The notes: generated from the sequence alone by a model not told the origin. A DNA stretch of 64,000 nt from an uncultured Methanomassiliicoccus sp. (GCA_964426205.1 CAYRPG010000005.1:44574-108573); one strand, 5' to 3'. Shown: positions 27,423 to 38,405, numbered from the stretch's first letter. A program made the numbers and translations.

Positions 27423-29051
27423 TCATATCAGGAAGGCCCCCAGGGCCACGGCGACGAACACCATGATGGATATCACGCTGTTGACATCGAAGAACGCGAC
27501 GTTTATCTTTGAAAGGTCCGACGGCCTGACCAGCAGATGCTCGATGACGAAGAGACCGCCGATGAGGGCCACGCAGACCAGGTAGGCTATGCTGAGGTCG
27601 AGCAGCCAGTACAGGGATGCCAGGCTCACGATGCTTATGACGTGCAGGCCGGTGGATATGAGCAGCGCGGGGGTTACGCCCAGGCGCGACGGTATGGACC
27701 GCAGCCCCTCCCTGCGGTCGAACTCGATGTCCTGGCATGCATAGAGGATATCGAAGCCGGCGATGTAGGTCGAGAGGGCAAGGCTCAGGACCGCGGTGGC
27801 CATCGTGATGGTCCCGGTGACCGCCACACTCGCCCCCAGGGGCATGAGGCCTATGGATATGCCCAGCACCAGGTGGCTGGCGGAGGTGAACCTCTTCGTA
27901 AAGGAGTATCCGATCAGGATCGCCAGCACCGGGAACGACAGGACGAGGCACAGCGGCGACAGCATCGCCGCCGCTCCGACGAAGACCGCCGCGGAGAACA
28001 CGCCGAACATCGTGGCCTCTCGGACCGATAGTGTCCCGGACGGTATGTGCCGCTTCGCCGTTCGCGGGTTCCTGCCGTCGATACCGGCGTCGATCACCCG
28101 GTTGAAGCCCATCGCCGCGGAGCGTGCGCTCACGATCGCGACGATGATCCAGAGCATCGCCTCCGCGCTGATGGCATAGTCCTTGTTGAGGATCACCAGG
28201 GCCGCGAGCCCGAAGGGCAGGGCGAACACGGTGTGGCTTATCTTGATCATATGGGAGTAGGTGACGATCTTTTCCCACAGCCGCCCCTTCTCCTCCTCTT
28301 CCTCGCCCTGCACCATCCAACGGCAGCTCCTGCGCTCTAGGAAGGTAAAGGCCTCGTAGATCGTTATCCCCAGGAGGCTCATGGCCAGGATGCCGACGTA
28401 GATCTGCACGTACTGCCCCCAGTTCCACGCGCTCATGATCATGTACCCGAGGCCGGAGGAGCCGGCGAAGGTCTCGGCGAAGAACAGCACCGAGATCGAC
28501 GTCCCGGTGACTATGCGCAGGGCGGTGAAGCAGCTGGGGAGCGCCGCGGGGATCACCGCCTCCCGGATGATGTCCTTCTCCGACGCTCCCATGGAGCGCA
28601 TCGAGTCGATATACTTGCGGTCCAGACCGCTGACGCCTTCCTTGGTCGCCACCAGGATCTGGAAGAAGACCACCAGGGTGATCAGCAGGATCTTGGAGAG
28701 GTCCCCCAGGCCGAACAGCAGGATGATGACCGGCAGGAACACCATCTTCGGTATCGGGTAGGTGAGGAATATGAGGGGGCTGACCAGCCGGTCCGTCTTG
28801 CGATTATAGCCTATGATCATTCCGAGGGGGAAGGCGAGCGTCCAGGCCAGCGCGATGCTCGCGAGCACCCTGAACGAGCTAATGGCGAGATGGGACCAGA
28901 ACTGGCTGGTTCCCGCGGCATCCCAGAACGCCCTCAGGGTCTGCTCCGGGCCCGGAAGGACCACCGATCCGACCGCGAGCGAGGCGACCTTCCAGATGAG
29001 AAGACAGGCGGCCACGGACATGGCATAGCCGAGGAGGCGCTGCTTGTTCAT
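27423..29051 (-). CDS. NitT/TauT-type ABC permease (about aa 1-245) continuous in frame with a UbiA-family prenyltransferase (aa 246-542)
   Basis: The permease start ATG at 29051 overlaps the ATPase stop. The natural permease end ...FLERRSCRW runs straight into MVQGEEEEEKGRLW...NRVIDAGIDGRNPRT (UbiA motif) with no in-frame stop; I checked the junction by hand at 28301-28360. UbiA could instead initiate separately at ATG 28316. Confidence 0.6.
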   Translation of the reverse strand: MNKQRLLGYAMSVAACLLIWKVASLAVGSVVLPGPEQTLRAFWDAAGTSQFWSHLAISSFRVLASIALAWTLAFPLGMIIGYNRKTDRLVSPLIFLTYPIPKMVFLPVIILLFGLGDLSKILLITLVVFFQILVATKEGVSGLDRKYIDSMRSMGASEKDIIREAVIPAALPSCFTALRIVTGTSISVLFFAETFAGSSGLGYMIMSAWNWGQYVQIYVGILAMSLLGITIYEAFTFLERRSCRWMVQGEEEEEKGRLWEKIVTYSHMIKISHTVFALPFGLAALVILNKDYAISAEAMLWIIVAIVSARSAAMGFNRVIDAGIDGRNPRTAKRHIPSGTLSVREATMFGVFSAAVFVGAAAMLSPLCLVLSFPVLAILIGYSFTKRFTSASHLVLGISIGLMPLGASVAVTGTITMATAVLSLALSTYIAGFDILYACQDIEFDRREGLRSIPSRLGVTPALLISTGLHVISIVSLASLYWLLDLSIAYLVCVALIGGLFVIEHLLVRPSDLSKINVAFFDVNSVISIMVFVAVALGAFLI

Positions 29052-29782
29052 AGCGCCTCCACCGCCCGACGGACCTGACGGCACACCTCGAAGAACTCCT
29101 CCTTGTTCCGGTAGTCCCGATCTCCGGCGCCGGGATTGGGAAGGACCGTCCTGATGCTGCACGGCCGGCCGCCGAGGACCATGATCGAGCCGCCGAGGAA
29201 AACGGCCTCCTCGATGCTGTGGGTCACCATCACCATGGTGAGGTCCCGTTGCGACCTGATCTCCAGCATGGCGTTCTGCAGCCTCTCCCGGGTCAGGGTG
29301 TCCAGGGAGGAGAACGGCTCGTCCATGAGGAGGAGGGACGGCTCCAGGGCGAGCGCCCTTCCTATGGCCAGTCTCTGCCTCTCCCCGCCGCTGAGCCGGG
29401 CGGGGTACTTGTCCCCGTGCGGCCCGAGGCCGAGGTGCTCGAGCATCTCCCTCGAACGGCGTTCCTGCTCCTCCTTGGGAACCTTCCTTATCCTCATCCC
29501 AAGGCACAGGTTCTCCTTCACCGTCTTCCACGGGAGGAGCCCGAAGTCCTGAAGAATGAAGCCCACCTGACGGGAGGGGGCGGTGACCTCCCTTCCGTCG
29601 ATGAGCACGCGGCCCGCGGTCGGCTTCGTCAGCCCGGCCATGATGTACAGCAGGGTGCTCTTGCCGCAGCCGGAGGGGCCGATGATGGTCAGCGAGGTGC
29701 CTCTCTTCACTGAGAACGAGAGGTCCTCAAGGACCTTCGTCCCAGCTCCGTACTCCTTGCAGAGGCCCTCGACCGCCAGCAT
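29048..29782 (-). CDS. ABC transporter ATP-binding protein (NitT/TauT family)
   Basis: Walker A GPSGCGKST, signature LSGGERQR, Walker B LLLMDEP. Confidence 0.85.
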   Translation of the reverse strand: MLAVEGLCKEYGAGTKVLEDLSFSVKRGTSLTIIGPSGCGKSTLLYIMAGLTKPTAGRVLIDGREVTAPSRQVGFILQDFGLLPWKTVKENLCLGMRIRKVPKEEQERRSREMLEHLGLGPHGDKYPARLSGGERQRLAIGRALALEPSLLLMDEPFSSLDTLTRERLQNAMLEIRSQRDLTMVMVTHSIEEAVFLGGSIMVLGGRPCSIRTVLPNPGAGDRDYRNKEEFFEVCRQVRRAVEAL

Positions 29783-29786
29783 CAGG

Positions 29787-30752
29787 TCACCGGTACAGCG
29801 CAGTGGCCATCACGTCATCGTACTCGAACCCAGCGGTCAGCATGCCCTTGCCGACCATCCATTCCTGGACCCTCGCCAGGTCGGACCCCGTGGGAAGTGA
29901 GATCGAGGACATGGGAGGGAAGTCGAACGCCTTCTCCAGGTCCGCCGGGAAGTGGATCTTGTCCTCGAGGGTCCTGTTGAACGCCATGGGGTCGGAGTTC
30001 ACCAGGGAGACGCTTTCGTTGTAACCGTCGAGGAAGCTCCTCACGGCACCCTCATGCTCGGAGATGACGCTGTCGCGCAGAGCGAGCACCGTCGCGGCGG
30101 TGTCGATGCCGCGATCGTCCGCCAGGAGGACCGCCCCGTCCTTGATGGCCCGGGTGGCGAACGGTTCCGGCAGGACCGCCACGCCGATCTGGTCGGCCAG
30201 CAGGGAGTTGTACCGGATGGGTATGGACGGTATCTCGTTGATCTTCACCTCGCCGGTGTAGTTGTTGACCCTCAGCATCTCCCCGAGGAAGAACTCGGAG
30301 ATGGACGCGCGGGAGGTGGCGATGGCCGAACCGTTGAGCTGCGAGAGATCGGTGATGCCAGAATGGGGGGAGGCCAGGATGGCGAACATCCGGTGGTCCT
30401 CGAGAGTGTGATAGTCGACGGTGACCACCTTGACGGCGGTGCTCTTCGCGATGACCAGGGTGTTGACCAGATCGCCGAAGTAACCATCGATGCTGCCGGC
30501 AGTGAAGGCAGCGTCACGCTCCATGGCGCTGTTGAACTCCACCAGCTCGACGTTGACACCTTTGTCGGAGAATATGTTATTCTCCGCCCCAACATAGAGG
30601 GGCAAGGTGTCGATCACGGGCAGGACCCCTATCCTCAGGGTCACCTTACCATCGTCGCCCTTGGGTGACAGCATGGTCGCAGCACCCGCGATGATGACAG
30701 CGGACGCGATCAGCAAAGTGATCGCGATGAGTATCTTGTTCCTCTTTTCCAT
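29787..30752 (-). CDS. membrane-anchored ABC substrate-binding protein (NMT1/SsuA-like)
   Basis: 321 aa with an N-terminal signal/anchor helix and a type-2 PBP-like body (RIGVLPVIDTLPLYVG). Confidence 0.8.
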   Translation of the reverse strand: MEKRNKILIAITLLIASAVIIAGAATMLSPKGDDGKVTLRIGVLPVIDTLPLYVGAENNIFSDKGVNVELVEFNSAMERDAAFTAGSIDGYFGDLVNTLVIAKSTAVKVVTVDYHTLEDHRMFAILASPHSGITDLSQLNGSAIATSRASISEFFLGEMLRVNNYTGEVKINEIPSIPIRYNSLLADQIGVAVLPEPFATRAIKDGAVLLADDRGIDTAATVLALRDSVISEHEGAVRSFLDGYNESVSLVNSDPMAFNRTLEDKIHFPADLEKAFDFPPMSSISLPTGSDLARVQEWMVGKGMLTAGFEYDDVMATALYR

Positions 30753-30880
30753 AATGATCGTGCAGGTCTCGGAGAGACCCCCTGGTGGGCGGTTATTGCC
30801 GCCCTCGCCTTAATCATGTCGCCCGGACCGATGGGGGAGCTTGCTGCTGCACGCTCGTACCCCAGCCAGGACATCATAGA

Positions 30881-30911
30881 TGAAAGGAAATAAAAGGAGG
30901 CCAGAGGCCTC
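30881..30911 (-). terminator. hairpin GAGGCC-N3-GGCCTC followed by a T-rich run downstream of glyA
   Basis: On the minus strand the stem at 30897-30911 is followed by CTTTTATTTCCTTTC. Confidence 0.35.
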
Positions 30912-30919
30912 TTGGGACC

Positions 30920-32197
30920 TCAGACCAGGTCGTGATACTCGTACGCCTCGGTGCCCTCGTTGAGGCAGTACTGCACCTTGGTGAAGTCCTTCTTGAGCTC
31001 CCAGACGTCCTTCTTGACGTTCTCCGGGTTCTCCTTCTTCACCACCACGCGGTAGATCAGGCGGGCGACCTCTTCCATCTCCCCCTTCTCCATGCCCAGC
31101 CTGGTGAGCTCCTGCGTGCCCAGTCTTATGCCGGACGGCTTCACCGAGCTGGTGTCGCCGGGCAGCATGTTCTTGTTGCAGATGATGTTGGCCCTCTCGA
31201 GGTCGAGGGCCACCTGGGCACCGCCGCCGTACTTGGCCACGCTGACCGCCAGGGTGTGGGACTCGGTGAACCCGAGGTGGGGGCACATGACGTCGATGCC
31301 CATCTCGTTCAGGGCGCCGCCCAGGGCCTTGGCGTTCTTGATGACCTGGCTGGCATACTGCTTGCCGTAGATCTCGTACTCGGCCATGGTGACCGCCAGG
31401 GCGGCCATGGCGTGCAGGTGGTGGGACGAGGTCACACCGGGGAAGGCCGCCTTCTGAAGCTTGGCCTCCATCTCGTCGGTGAGCTTGTCCCCGATGATGA
31501 TGCCGTGGTTCGGACCGGGGAAGGTCTTGTGGGTGCTCGCGGATATGATGTGAACGCCCTCCCTCAGGGGGTCCTGGAACTTGCCGCCGGCGATAAGGCC
31601 GAGGACGTGGGCCGCGTCGTACCAGACAGTGCACCCAGCCTCCTGCAGCGCGTCCTGGATCTCCTTTATCGGGGTAGGGAACAGGAACACCGACAGACCG
31701 AACTGGGCCACCTTGGGCTTCTCCTTGACGAGGAACTTGCGGGTCGCATCGATGTCCAGGTTCCAGTTCTTGTAGTCCCAGGGGTAGTGAACGGGGTTCA
31801 GGCCGCGCAGGCCGACCGCGCCGAACGGGGCGGTGGAGATGTGGGCGCCGGATGCCAGCTCAGGGGTCGATATCTTGTCACCAGGCTTGGCTATCGCCAT
31901 CAGCACGGCGATATTGGCCACGGTGCCGGAGATGGGACGGACATCCACGAAGTGGGCCTTGAATATCTTCCTGGCCAGCTCCAGGCACTTCAGCTCCACC
32001 TTGTCCACGTAGATGTTGCCCTGATAGTACCTCTTGCCGGGCAGGCCCTCGGCATACCGGTCGTGGAAGTCCGATATCATCATTTCCTTGGCCAGGGGGC
32101 TCATGAGGTTCTCGGAGGCTATCATGGGGAGGGATTCCTTGAACCACTTGGTGTGGGCTTTTACCTGGTCCTTGACATAGTAAGCATCTTCCTTCAT
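30920..32197 (-). CDS. glyA: serine hydroxymethyltransferase
   Basis: Starts at MKEDAYY, an internal Met of the 477-aa ORF. SHMT core with a PLP-Lys region (STHKTFPGP). Confidence 0.9.
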   Translation of the reverse strand: MKEDAYYVKDQVKAHTKWFKESLPMIASENLMSPLAKEMMISDFHDRYAEGLPGKRYYQGNIYVDKVELKCLELARKIFKAHFVDVRPISGTVANIAVLMAIAKPGDKISTPELASGAHISTAPFGAVGLRGLNPVHYPWDYKNWNLDIDATRKFLVKEKPKVAQFGLSVFLFPTPIKEIQDALQEAGCTVWYDAAHVLGLIAGGKFQDPLREGVHIISASTHKTFPGPNHGIIIGDKLTDEMEAKLQKAAFPGVTSSHHLHAMAALAVTMAEYEIYGKQYASQVIKNAKALGGALNEMGIDVMCPHLGFTESHTLAVSVAKYGGGAQVALDLERANIICNKNMLPGDTSSVKPSGIRLGTQELTRLGMEKGEMEEVARLIYRVVVKKENPENVKKDVWELKKDFTKVQYCLNEGTEAYEYHDLV

Positions 32198-32412
32198 GAA
32201 AGTTACCGTGCTGACATGAGGCAACATATAAAAAAAAGTGTTGCATGTCTCTCGGCCGCCTCTTTTCCTAGCAGGGAACGGCCCACCGTCGGACGCGGAT
32301 ATGGAAGGCTGGCACCGCCCATGCTGACCATGGATTATACGGTCCAGGACCATAGAAGGGTGCTTATCAGATTTTGATATGAATATGAGATATATTATTA
32401 GCCCGTATTTTT

Positions 32413-32907
32413 TTGGTTCGTTATATGTCTCAAGTCTACTCCCGTACCGTAAAGGCCGTCGGAGATATCGACGTGATCTATGACCGCCTGTGGGCCACGA
32501 TGAAGGCCAAGGGATTCAATATCATCGCATCGGAAAAGCCCAACCTCATCATCGGCGAGAGAGGGTCGCTGAGACCTACCAGGAAGGTATACAAATATCC
32601 CCACAGCGTGGTCGTGGCCTTCCATTCCGGAGAAAGCAACCCGTTCATCTCGTTCTCGTACCTGATGAGCGATCTGTGGGACTACACCGCCGGGGACCAG
32701 GACTACTTCAACTCGGAGATCAACTCGGTCATCTCCGCCCTGAACATGAACTCCTCGGTCATCGAGCTGAGGAGCGCCCGGGATATCGTCTCCCAGGCAT
32801 CCCAGGCCTACATCGGGGAGCTACGCGGCCTGGCGAAGCTGCGCGATGACGGCGTCATCACCGTCGATGAGTTCGAGTTCAAGAAGAGAAGGCTCATGGG
32901 GATCTGA
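32413..32907 (+). CDS. hypothetical protein with C-terminal SHOCT-like motif
   Basis: Ends in LAKLRDDGVITVDEFEFKKRRLMG, typical of the SHOCT short C-terminal domain. The rest is unassigned. Confidence 0.55.
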   Translation: MVRYMSQVYSRTVKAVGDIDVIYDRLWATMKAKGFNIIASEKPNLIIGERGSLRPTRKVYKYPHSVVVAFHSGESNPFISFSYLMSDLWDYTAGDQDYFNSEINSVISALNMNSSVIELRSARDIVSQASQAYIGELRGLAKLRDDGVITVDEFEFKKRRLMGI

Positions 32908-32949
32908 GCCCCTTCCCTTTTTCCACGGCCCTTCTGGGCCTTTTCCCTT

Positions 32950-33987
32950 TCAGCCCAGCCGCTTCTTCAGCTCACTTATCGAGGACACCGGTGTGGGATC
33001 GACACCCTTGAGCATGGCCAGATAGTAGCTGACATGGTCACCGAGGACCATGCCCCGCATGCTGTTCTCGAGCGGCGAGCGGCCTTCGAGATCGACGAGC
33101 ACGGGGTCGAGGCGGAAGTCCTCGAAGATGGAGATCGTCGCCTTCACGATGTCAGAGAGCATCCCTTGGTCCGATGAGGCCTTAAGGAAGACCGGCTGGC
33201 ACTCCTGCCTGCGGGTCCCGTCGATCCATCCCACGACCTGGTTGTGGTCCGACTCCGGGAGCTCACCGAACAGGCACAGCATCTTGGAGTTCTCGTTGAT
33301 CTGGGTCTGCCAACGGCGACCCGCTGTACGGACGCTGCGGGACGAGTAGATGAACGGGATCTTGCCGTCCAGGCGGAGAGCGATCTGCTTCGCGCGGTTG
33401 TCCGTCAGCGGCACTCCGGGAGAGCAGGCCTCGATCTCCTGCTTGATCCCCGGCAGCATGGCCCTCAGCTCCCTGTCTATGGTGGACAGGCCGGTCGCTC
33501 CGATGACCGACGCGGCGGCACCAAGCAGGTATCCCAGCGCGGCCCTGGGCTGGATCCCGGGCGGGACGAGGACCGTCGGGTCCCCGTTCTCCTTGCTCCT
33601 CATGAGGAGGTGGCCTCCGGAGGTGATGACGACGATATGGGCATTGCGGCGGCGGGCCTCCTCGTACATAGCCAGGGTCTCCCTGGTGTTGCCTGAGTAG
33701 GAGATGAGGATCGTCAGCGTGTCGCTGTCGACCCACCCGGGAAGGGTGACGTCCCTGACCACCGAGGCCACGACCCCGGTGGTGCGCTCGATGTGGTCGG
33801 AGAGCACATCCGCGCCCATGGCCGAACCGCCCAGCCCGCACAGGCAGAGCCTCTCCGCTCCCTGGTCGATCCTCACATCGCTGGAGAGCGATCTATCGAG
33901 CTGGTCTGCAAGGGCGGTCATCTGTCGCAACATGCCTGCCTTATCGACCTTGGCCAGGGCATCGACATCATCCAGCGCTACGGGCAT
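32950..33987 (-). CDS. bifunctional phosphoglucose/phosphomannose isomerase (SIS domains)
   Basis: The tandem SIS-domain layout and the CGLGGSAMG motif are typical of archaeal PGI/PMI. The start could be at 34011 or 33987. Confidence 0.75.
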   Translation of the reverse strand: MPVALDDVDALAKVDKAGMLRQMTALADQLDRSLSSDVRIDQGAERLCLCGLGGSAMGADVLSDHIERTTGVVASVVRDVTLPGWVDSDTLTILISYSGNTRETLAMYEEARRRNAHIVVITSGGHLLMRSKENGDPTVLVPPGIQPRAALGYLLGAAASVIGATGLSTIDRELRAMLPGIKQEIEACSPGVPLTDNRAKQIALRLDGKIPFIYSSRSVRTAGRRWQTQINENSKMLCLFGELPESDHNQVVGWIDGTRRQECQPVFLKASSDQGMLSDIVKATISIFEDFRLDPVLVDLEGRSPLENSMRGMVLGDHVSYYLAMLKGVDPTPVSSISELKKRLG

Positions 33988-34140
33988 GAACGACGAATAG
34001 CATGTGGTCATATATTAGCTGATTGATTCCGATGACATTTTCAGGAGCACTGGCCTGGAAATGTCGCAAGCATTCATGACCAATAAACCAGTAGCTACCC
34101 AATAGATAATATACGGTGGTCAATATGGCCGTTCGAGAGC

Positions 34141-34844
34141 ATGATGGACAAGATCGGTGAAGCACAAGCTGCCCTTAGATCGGGCAAGTTCGTTCTGGTT
34201 TTTGATTCGGACAGCAGGGAGGCGGAGACGGACATGATGATCGCCTCGGAGCATGTCACGTACGAGAGCATAAGGACGCTGCGACGGGAGGCCGGCGGAC
34301 TGATCTGTACGACCGTGCCCGCAGAGGTGTCCCATAAGCTGGGCCTGCCATTCATGGCCGAGCTTTTCGCCGAGGCGTATGCCAAGCACCCAGTGCTGAA
34401 GGGCCTGGCCCCCAACGACCTGCCCTACGACACCAAGTCAGCGTTCTCGCTCACCATCAATCACCGCCGCACGTTCACCGGGATCCCCGACCGCGACCGC
34501 GCGCTTACGATCTCCGAGTTCGCCAAGCTGGGAAAACGGGTCGTGGACATGGAGGCTGACGCCGCCCGCACGGAGATGGGCACGGCGTTCAGGGCCCCCG
34601 GGCACGTCTTCCTGCTCAACTCCCAGCCAGGAGTGCTCAACGACCGCAGGGGGCATACCGAACTGGCCACCGCGCTCATGAAGATGGGCGAGATGTATCC
34701 ATCGGCCACCATCTGCGAGATGATGGGCGATGACGGAAAGGCCATGCGCAAGGACAAGGCTCAAGAGTATGCCAAGCGATATGGTCTGCCTTACCTCGAG
34801 GGTGCCGACATCATCGAGGCGTGGAAGAAGAGCGTGTATTCGAA

Positions 34845-34848
<4 letters not shown>
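34141..34848 (+). CDS. ribB: 3,4-dihydroxy-2-butanone 4-phosphate synthase
   Basis: FDSDSREAETDMMIA and GGLICT motifs. Confidence 0.85.
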
Positions 34849-35755
<907 letters not shown>

Positions 35756-35759
35756 GAAC

Positions 35760-36170
35760 ATGAAGCAATACAACATTGGAATAGTGGTTTCCGAGTTCAA
35801 CTTCGACATCACATCGATGATGTTGGAACGGGCGAAGGCACACGCGGCCTTCCTGGACGTGAACGTGGCCAAGGTCATCTCGGTCCCCGGGGTCTACGAC
35901 ATGCCCCTGGCCATCAAGAAGCTGTGCGAGGACCCCAGCATCGACGGGGTGGCCACTCTGGGCTGCGTGATCGAGGGCGAGACCGAGCATGATGAGATCG
36001 TCATCCAGCACGCCGCCAGGAAGATCATCGACCTCAGCCTCCAGTACAACAAGCCGGTGTCCCTCGGCATCACCGGGCCGGGAATGACCCGCCTGCAGGC
36101 CGAGGAGCGCATCGAGAAGGGACGCGACGCCGTCGAAGCGGTCGTGAAGCTCCTGAAGAACTTGGCGTGA
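35760..36170 (+). CDS. ribH: 6,7-dimethyl-8-ribityllumazine synthase
   Basis: Internal ATG of the 35571-36170 ORF, giving [14 protein letters not shown]... and [12 protein letters not shown]. Confidence 0.85.
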   Translation: MKQYNIGIVVSEFNFDITSMMLERAKAHAAFLDVNVAKVISVPGVYDMPLAIKKLCEDPSIDGVATLGCVIEGETEHDEIVIQHAARKIIDLSLQYNKPVSLGITGPGMTRLQAEERIEKGRDAVEAVVKLLKNLA

Positions 36171-36222
36171 AACCTCTTCCCGCAATCATCTTTTAATAAC
36201 ATGCACTGCAAGGTTAGCATCG

Positions 36223-37119
36223 GTGTATCGAATGAAGGACAAGGTCATCTTCGTCACCGGTGCCACCGGACACCAAGGAAGCGCTGCGGCAAGGCACTTG
36301 CTGGAGGCGGGCTTCAGGGTCAGGGGGCTCACGAGGGACCCTGATTCTCCGAGGGGCAGGGAGCTGATGAACCTCGGCGTAGAGCTGGTCAAGGGTGATC
36401 TGAACGACCCGACGAGCGTCCGAAACGCCATCGCCGGGTCCTATGGTGTCTTCTCAGTCCTGACCTGGAAGGAGGAGGGGGTGGCGGGAGAGATTAAGCA
36501 TGGACAGATCCTCGCGGACGCTGCCAAGGCCGAGGGGGTCGAGCACTTCCTCTACAGCTCGGTGTGCGATGCTGACGGCCACACGGGCATCCCGCACTTC
36601 GAGAGCAAGGCGGCCAACGAGCGGTACATGAGATCGATCGGATTGCCCCTGACGGTACTGAGGCCGGTCTACTTTATGGAGAACTTCAACGCACCGACGG
36701 CTCGCAGGCTTATCTCCGAGGGCAACCTGGTGATGGCGCTGGGCCCGGAGAAACCGCTTCAAATGGTGTCGGTGGAGGATATCGGATTCATGGCCGCCAT
36801 CATCCTGGACAACCCGGAGGACTGGGCCGGGAGGACGGTGGACATCGCGGGGGACTCCCTGACCATGCCCCAGGTGGCCGAGAGGTTCTCCGCTTACACG
36901 GGCAGGTATGTCTTCTATCGCGAGCAGTCGCTGCAGGACCTGAAGCGGATCGACAGTGAACGCTACCTCATGATGAGGTGGTTCAACGACCACGGCTACG
37001 ATGCGGACATCGAGGCCGTCAGGAGGGTGCACCCCGCCCTGATGGACCTGGAGCAGTGGCTGAACAGGGGCCTTTGGAGGGCGGAGGCGACAGAGGTCAC
37101 CACCCTCCAGATGGTGTGA
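36223..37119 (+). CDS. NmrA-family NAD(P)-binding protein
   Basis: GATGHQG Rossmann motif and an NmrA-like length of 298 aa. Confidence 0.75.
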   Translation: MYRMKDKVIFVTGATGHQGSAAARHLLEAGFRVRGLTRDPDSPRGRELMNLGVELVKGDLNDPTSVRNAIAGSYGVFSVLTWKEEGVAGEIKHGQILADAAKAEGVEHFLYSSVCDADGHTGIPHFESKAANERYMRSIGLPLTVLRPVYFMENFNAPTARRLISEGNLVMALGPEKPLQMVSVEDIGFMAAIILDNPEDWAGRTVDIAGDSLTMPQVAERFSAYTGRYVFYREQSLQDLKRIDSERYLMMRWFNDHGYDADIEAVRRVHPALMDLEQWLNRGLWRAEATEVTTLQMV

Positions 37120-37122
37120 ACC

Positions 37123-38322
37123 TCAGGCGACCTTGTTCATGTACTCCTCGATGGAGTCAAAGGCCTTGGCCAGCGTCTCCACCGGGGGAAGGAACACCGC
37201 CCGGAAGTGCATCTTGCCATAGGTCTCGTCGAAGCCGTGGCCGGGGACCAGGAGCACGTGGCAATTGTTCAGCACGTCCAGCACAAAGTCCTGGTCGTTG
37301 GTCCAGTGCTTGGACTCGATCTTGGGGAAGATGTAGAACGCGCCCTTGGGACTGGCCGTCGACAGCCCGGGGATCGAGTTGATGCGCTTAACCGTGTAGT
37401 CCCTGCGGGCCCTCAGCTTGTTGTTCATGATCTCCAGGTGGTCCTTGGGACCCTTGAGCGCCTCGATGACTGCCATCTGGCAGGGGTTGTTGGCGCTTAT
37501 GCGCAGCCGTAGCTGCCGCATCATTCCCTCCTTGATCTCGTCCAGCTTCCCCTGGGGGTCGCGGAACACCGTGTACCCGAGCCTCCAGCCAGGGAGGAGG
37601 TCCACCTTGGAGAAACCGTTGAACAAGATGATCGGCACGTCCTTGCACAGCGCCGCGGGCGAGTGATGGACGCCGTCGAAGGTCATGAGGTCGTAGATCT
37701 CGTCGGAGATGATGAACAGGTCGTACTCGCCGGCCAGGTCGGTGATCTCCTTGAGCACCTTGTCCGAGTACAACGCCCCGGTCGGGTTGTTGGGGTTGAT
37801 CACGGTGATGTACTTGGTCTTGGGGGTGATCTTCTTCCTCATGTCGTCCACGTCAGGCTGCCAGTCATTAGCCTCGTCGGCCTTGTAGGGGACGGGGACG
37901 CCGCCGAAGAACTTGGTGAACTCGATGTATGCCGGGTATCCGGGACCGGGCATGAGTACCTGGTCCCCAGGCTCCACCACCGCGGCGCTGATCATCTGTA
38001 TGGCCTCGGTGACACCATTGGTGATGACGCAGTCCTCGATCCCCACGTCCACGTTGTTCTTCTGCTTCTCCTTCTCGAGGATGGCCTGACGAAGCTCGAC
38101 GTAGCCCTCCGACTCGGCGTACCCATTATCGTTGACCTCGACAGCACGGCACAAGGCATCGCGCACGTGCTTGGGCGTCTCGAAATCGAACTTGTTGGGA
38201 TCTCCGATATGGAGCTTGATGATCTCCGCGCCCTTCTTCTCCAGCTCCCTCGCGGGGAGGAGGATGTCTCGAATGGCATAGGATACATCCAACGAGCGTT
38301 TGGTCGCTTTCATCTTGACCAT
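37123..38322 (-). CDS. class I/II PLP-dependent aminotransferase (aspartate/alanine type)
   Basis: 399 aa with INPNNPTG and a SKVDLLPGWRLGY Lys motif. Confidence 0.85.
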   Translation of the reverse strand: MVKMKATKRSLDVSYAIRDILLPARELEKKGAEIIKLHIGDPNKFDFETPKHVRDALCRAVEVNDNGYAESEGYVELRQAILEKEKQKNNVDVGIEDCVITNGVTEAIQMISAAVVEPGDQVLMPGPGYPAYIEFTKFFGGVPVPYKADEANDWQPDVDDMRKKITPKTKYITVINPNNPTGALYSDKVLKEITDLAGEYDLFIISDEIYDLMTFDGVHHSPAALCKDVPIILFNGFSKVDLLPGWRLGYTVFRDPQGKLDEIKEGMMRQLRLRISANNPCQMAVIEALKGPKDHLEIMNNKLRARRDYTVKRINSIPGLSTASPKGAFYIFPKIESKHWTNDQDFVLDVLNNCHVLLVPGHGFDETYGKMHFRAVFLPPVETLAKAFDSIEEYMNKVA

Positions 38323-38405
38323 CTTCTATTTTCTGGCCATGAATTGAGTCCGGGTATAAACTTCCTTCGACATTGATAGAGAGGCGCACGCCGCCCGATG
38401 TCCCG

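Noticed and set aside
27379-28428. N-terminal 350 aa of the 594-aa ORF 26644-28428
   Set aside because: It is out of frame over the UbiA coding region and not protein-like. Only the last 244 aa (from MSEHAS at 27378) form the UbiE-type methyltransferase.
32222-32245. Inverted repeat GCAACA-N12-TGTTGC bracketing the glyA TATA-like box (TATAAAAAAAAG)
   Set aside because: It may be an operator, but a 6-bp arm around an A-tract is weak evidence. I noted it without pursuing it.
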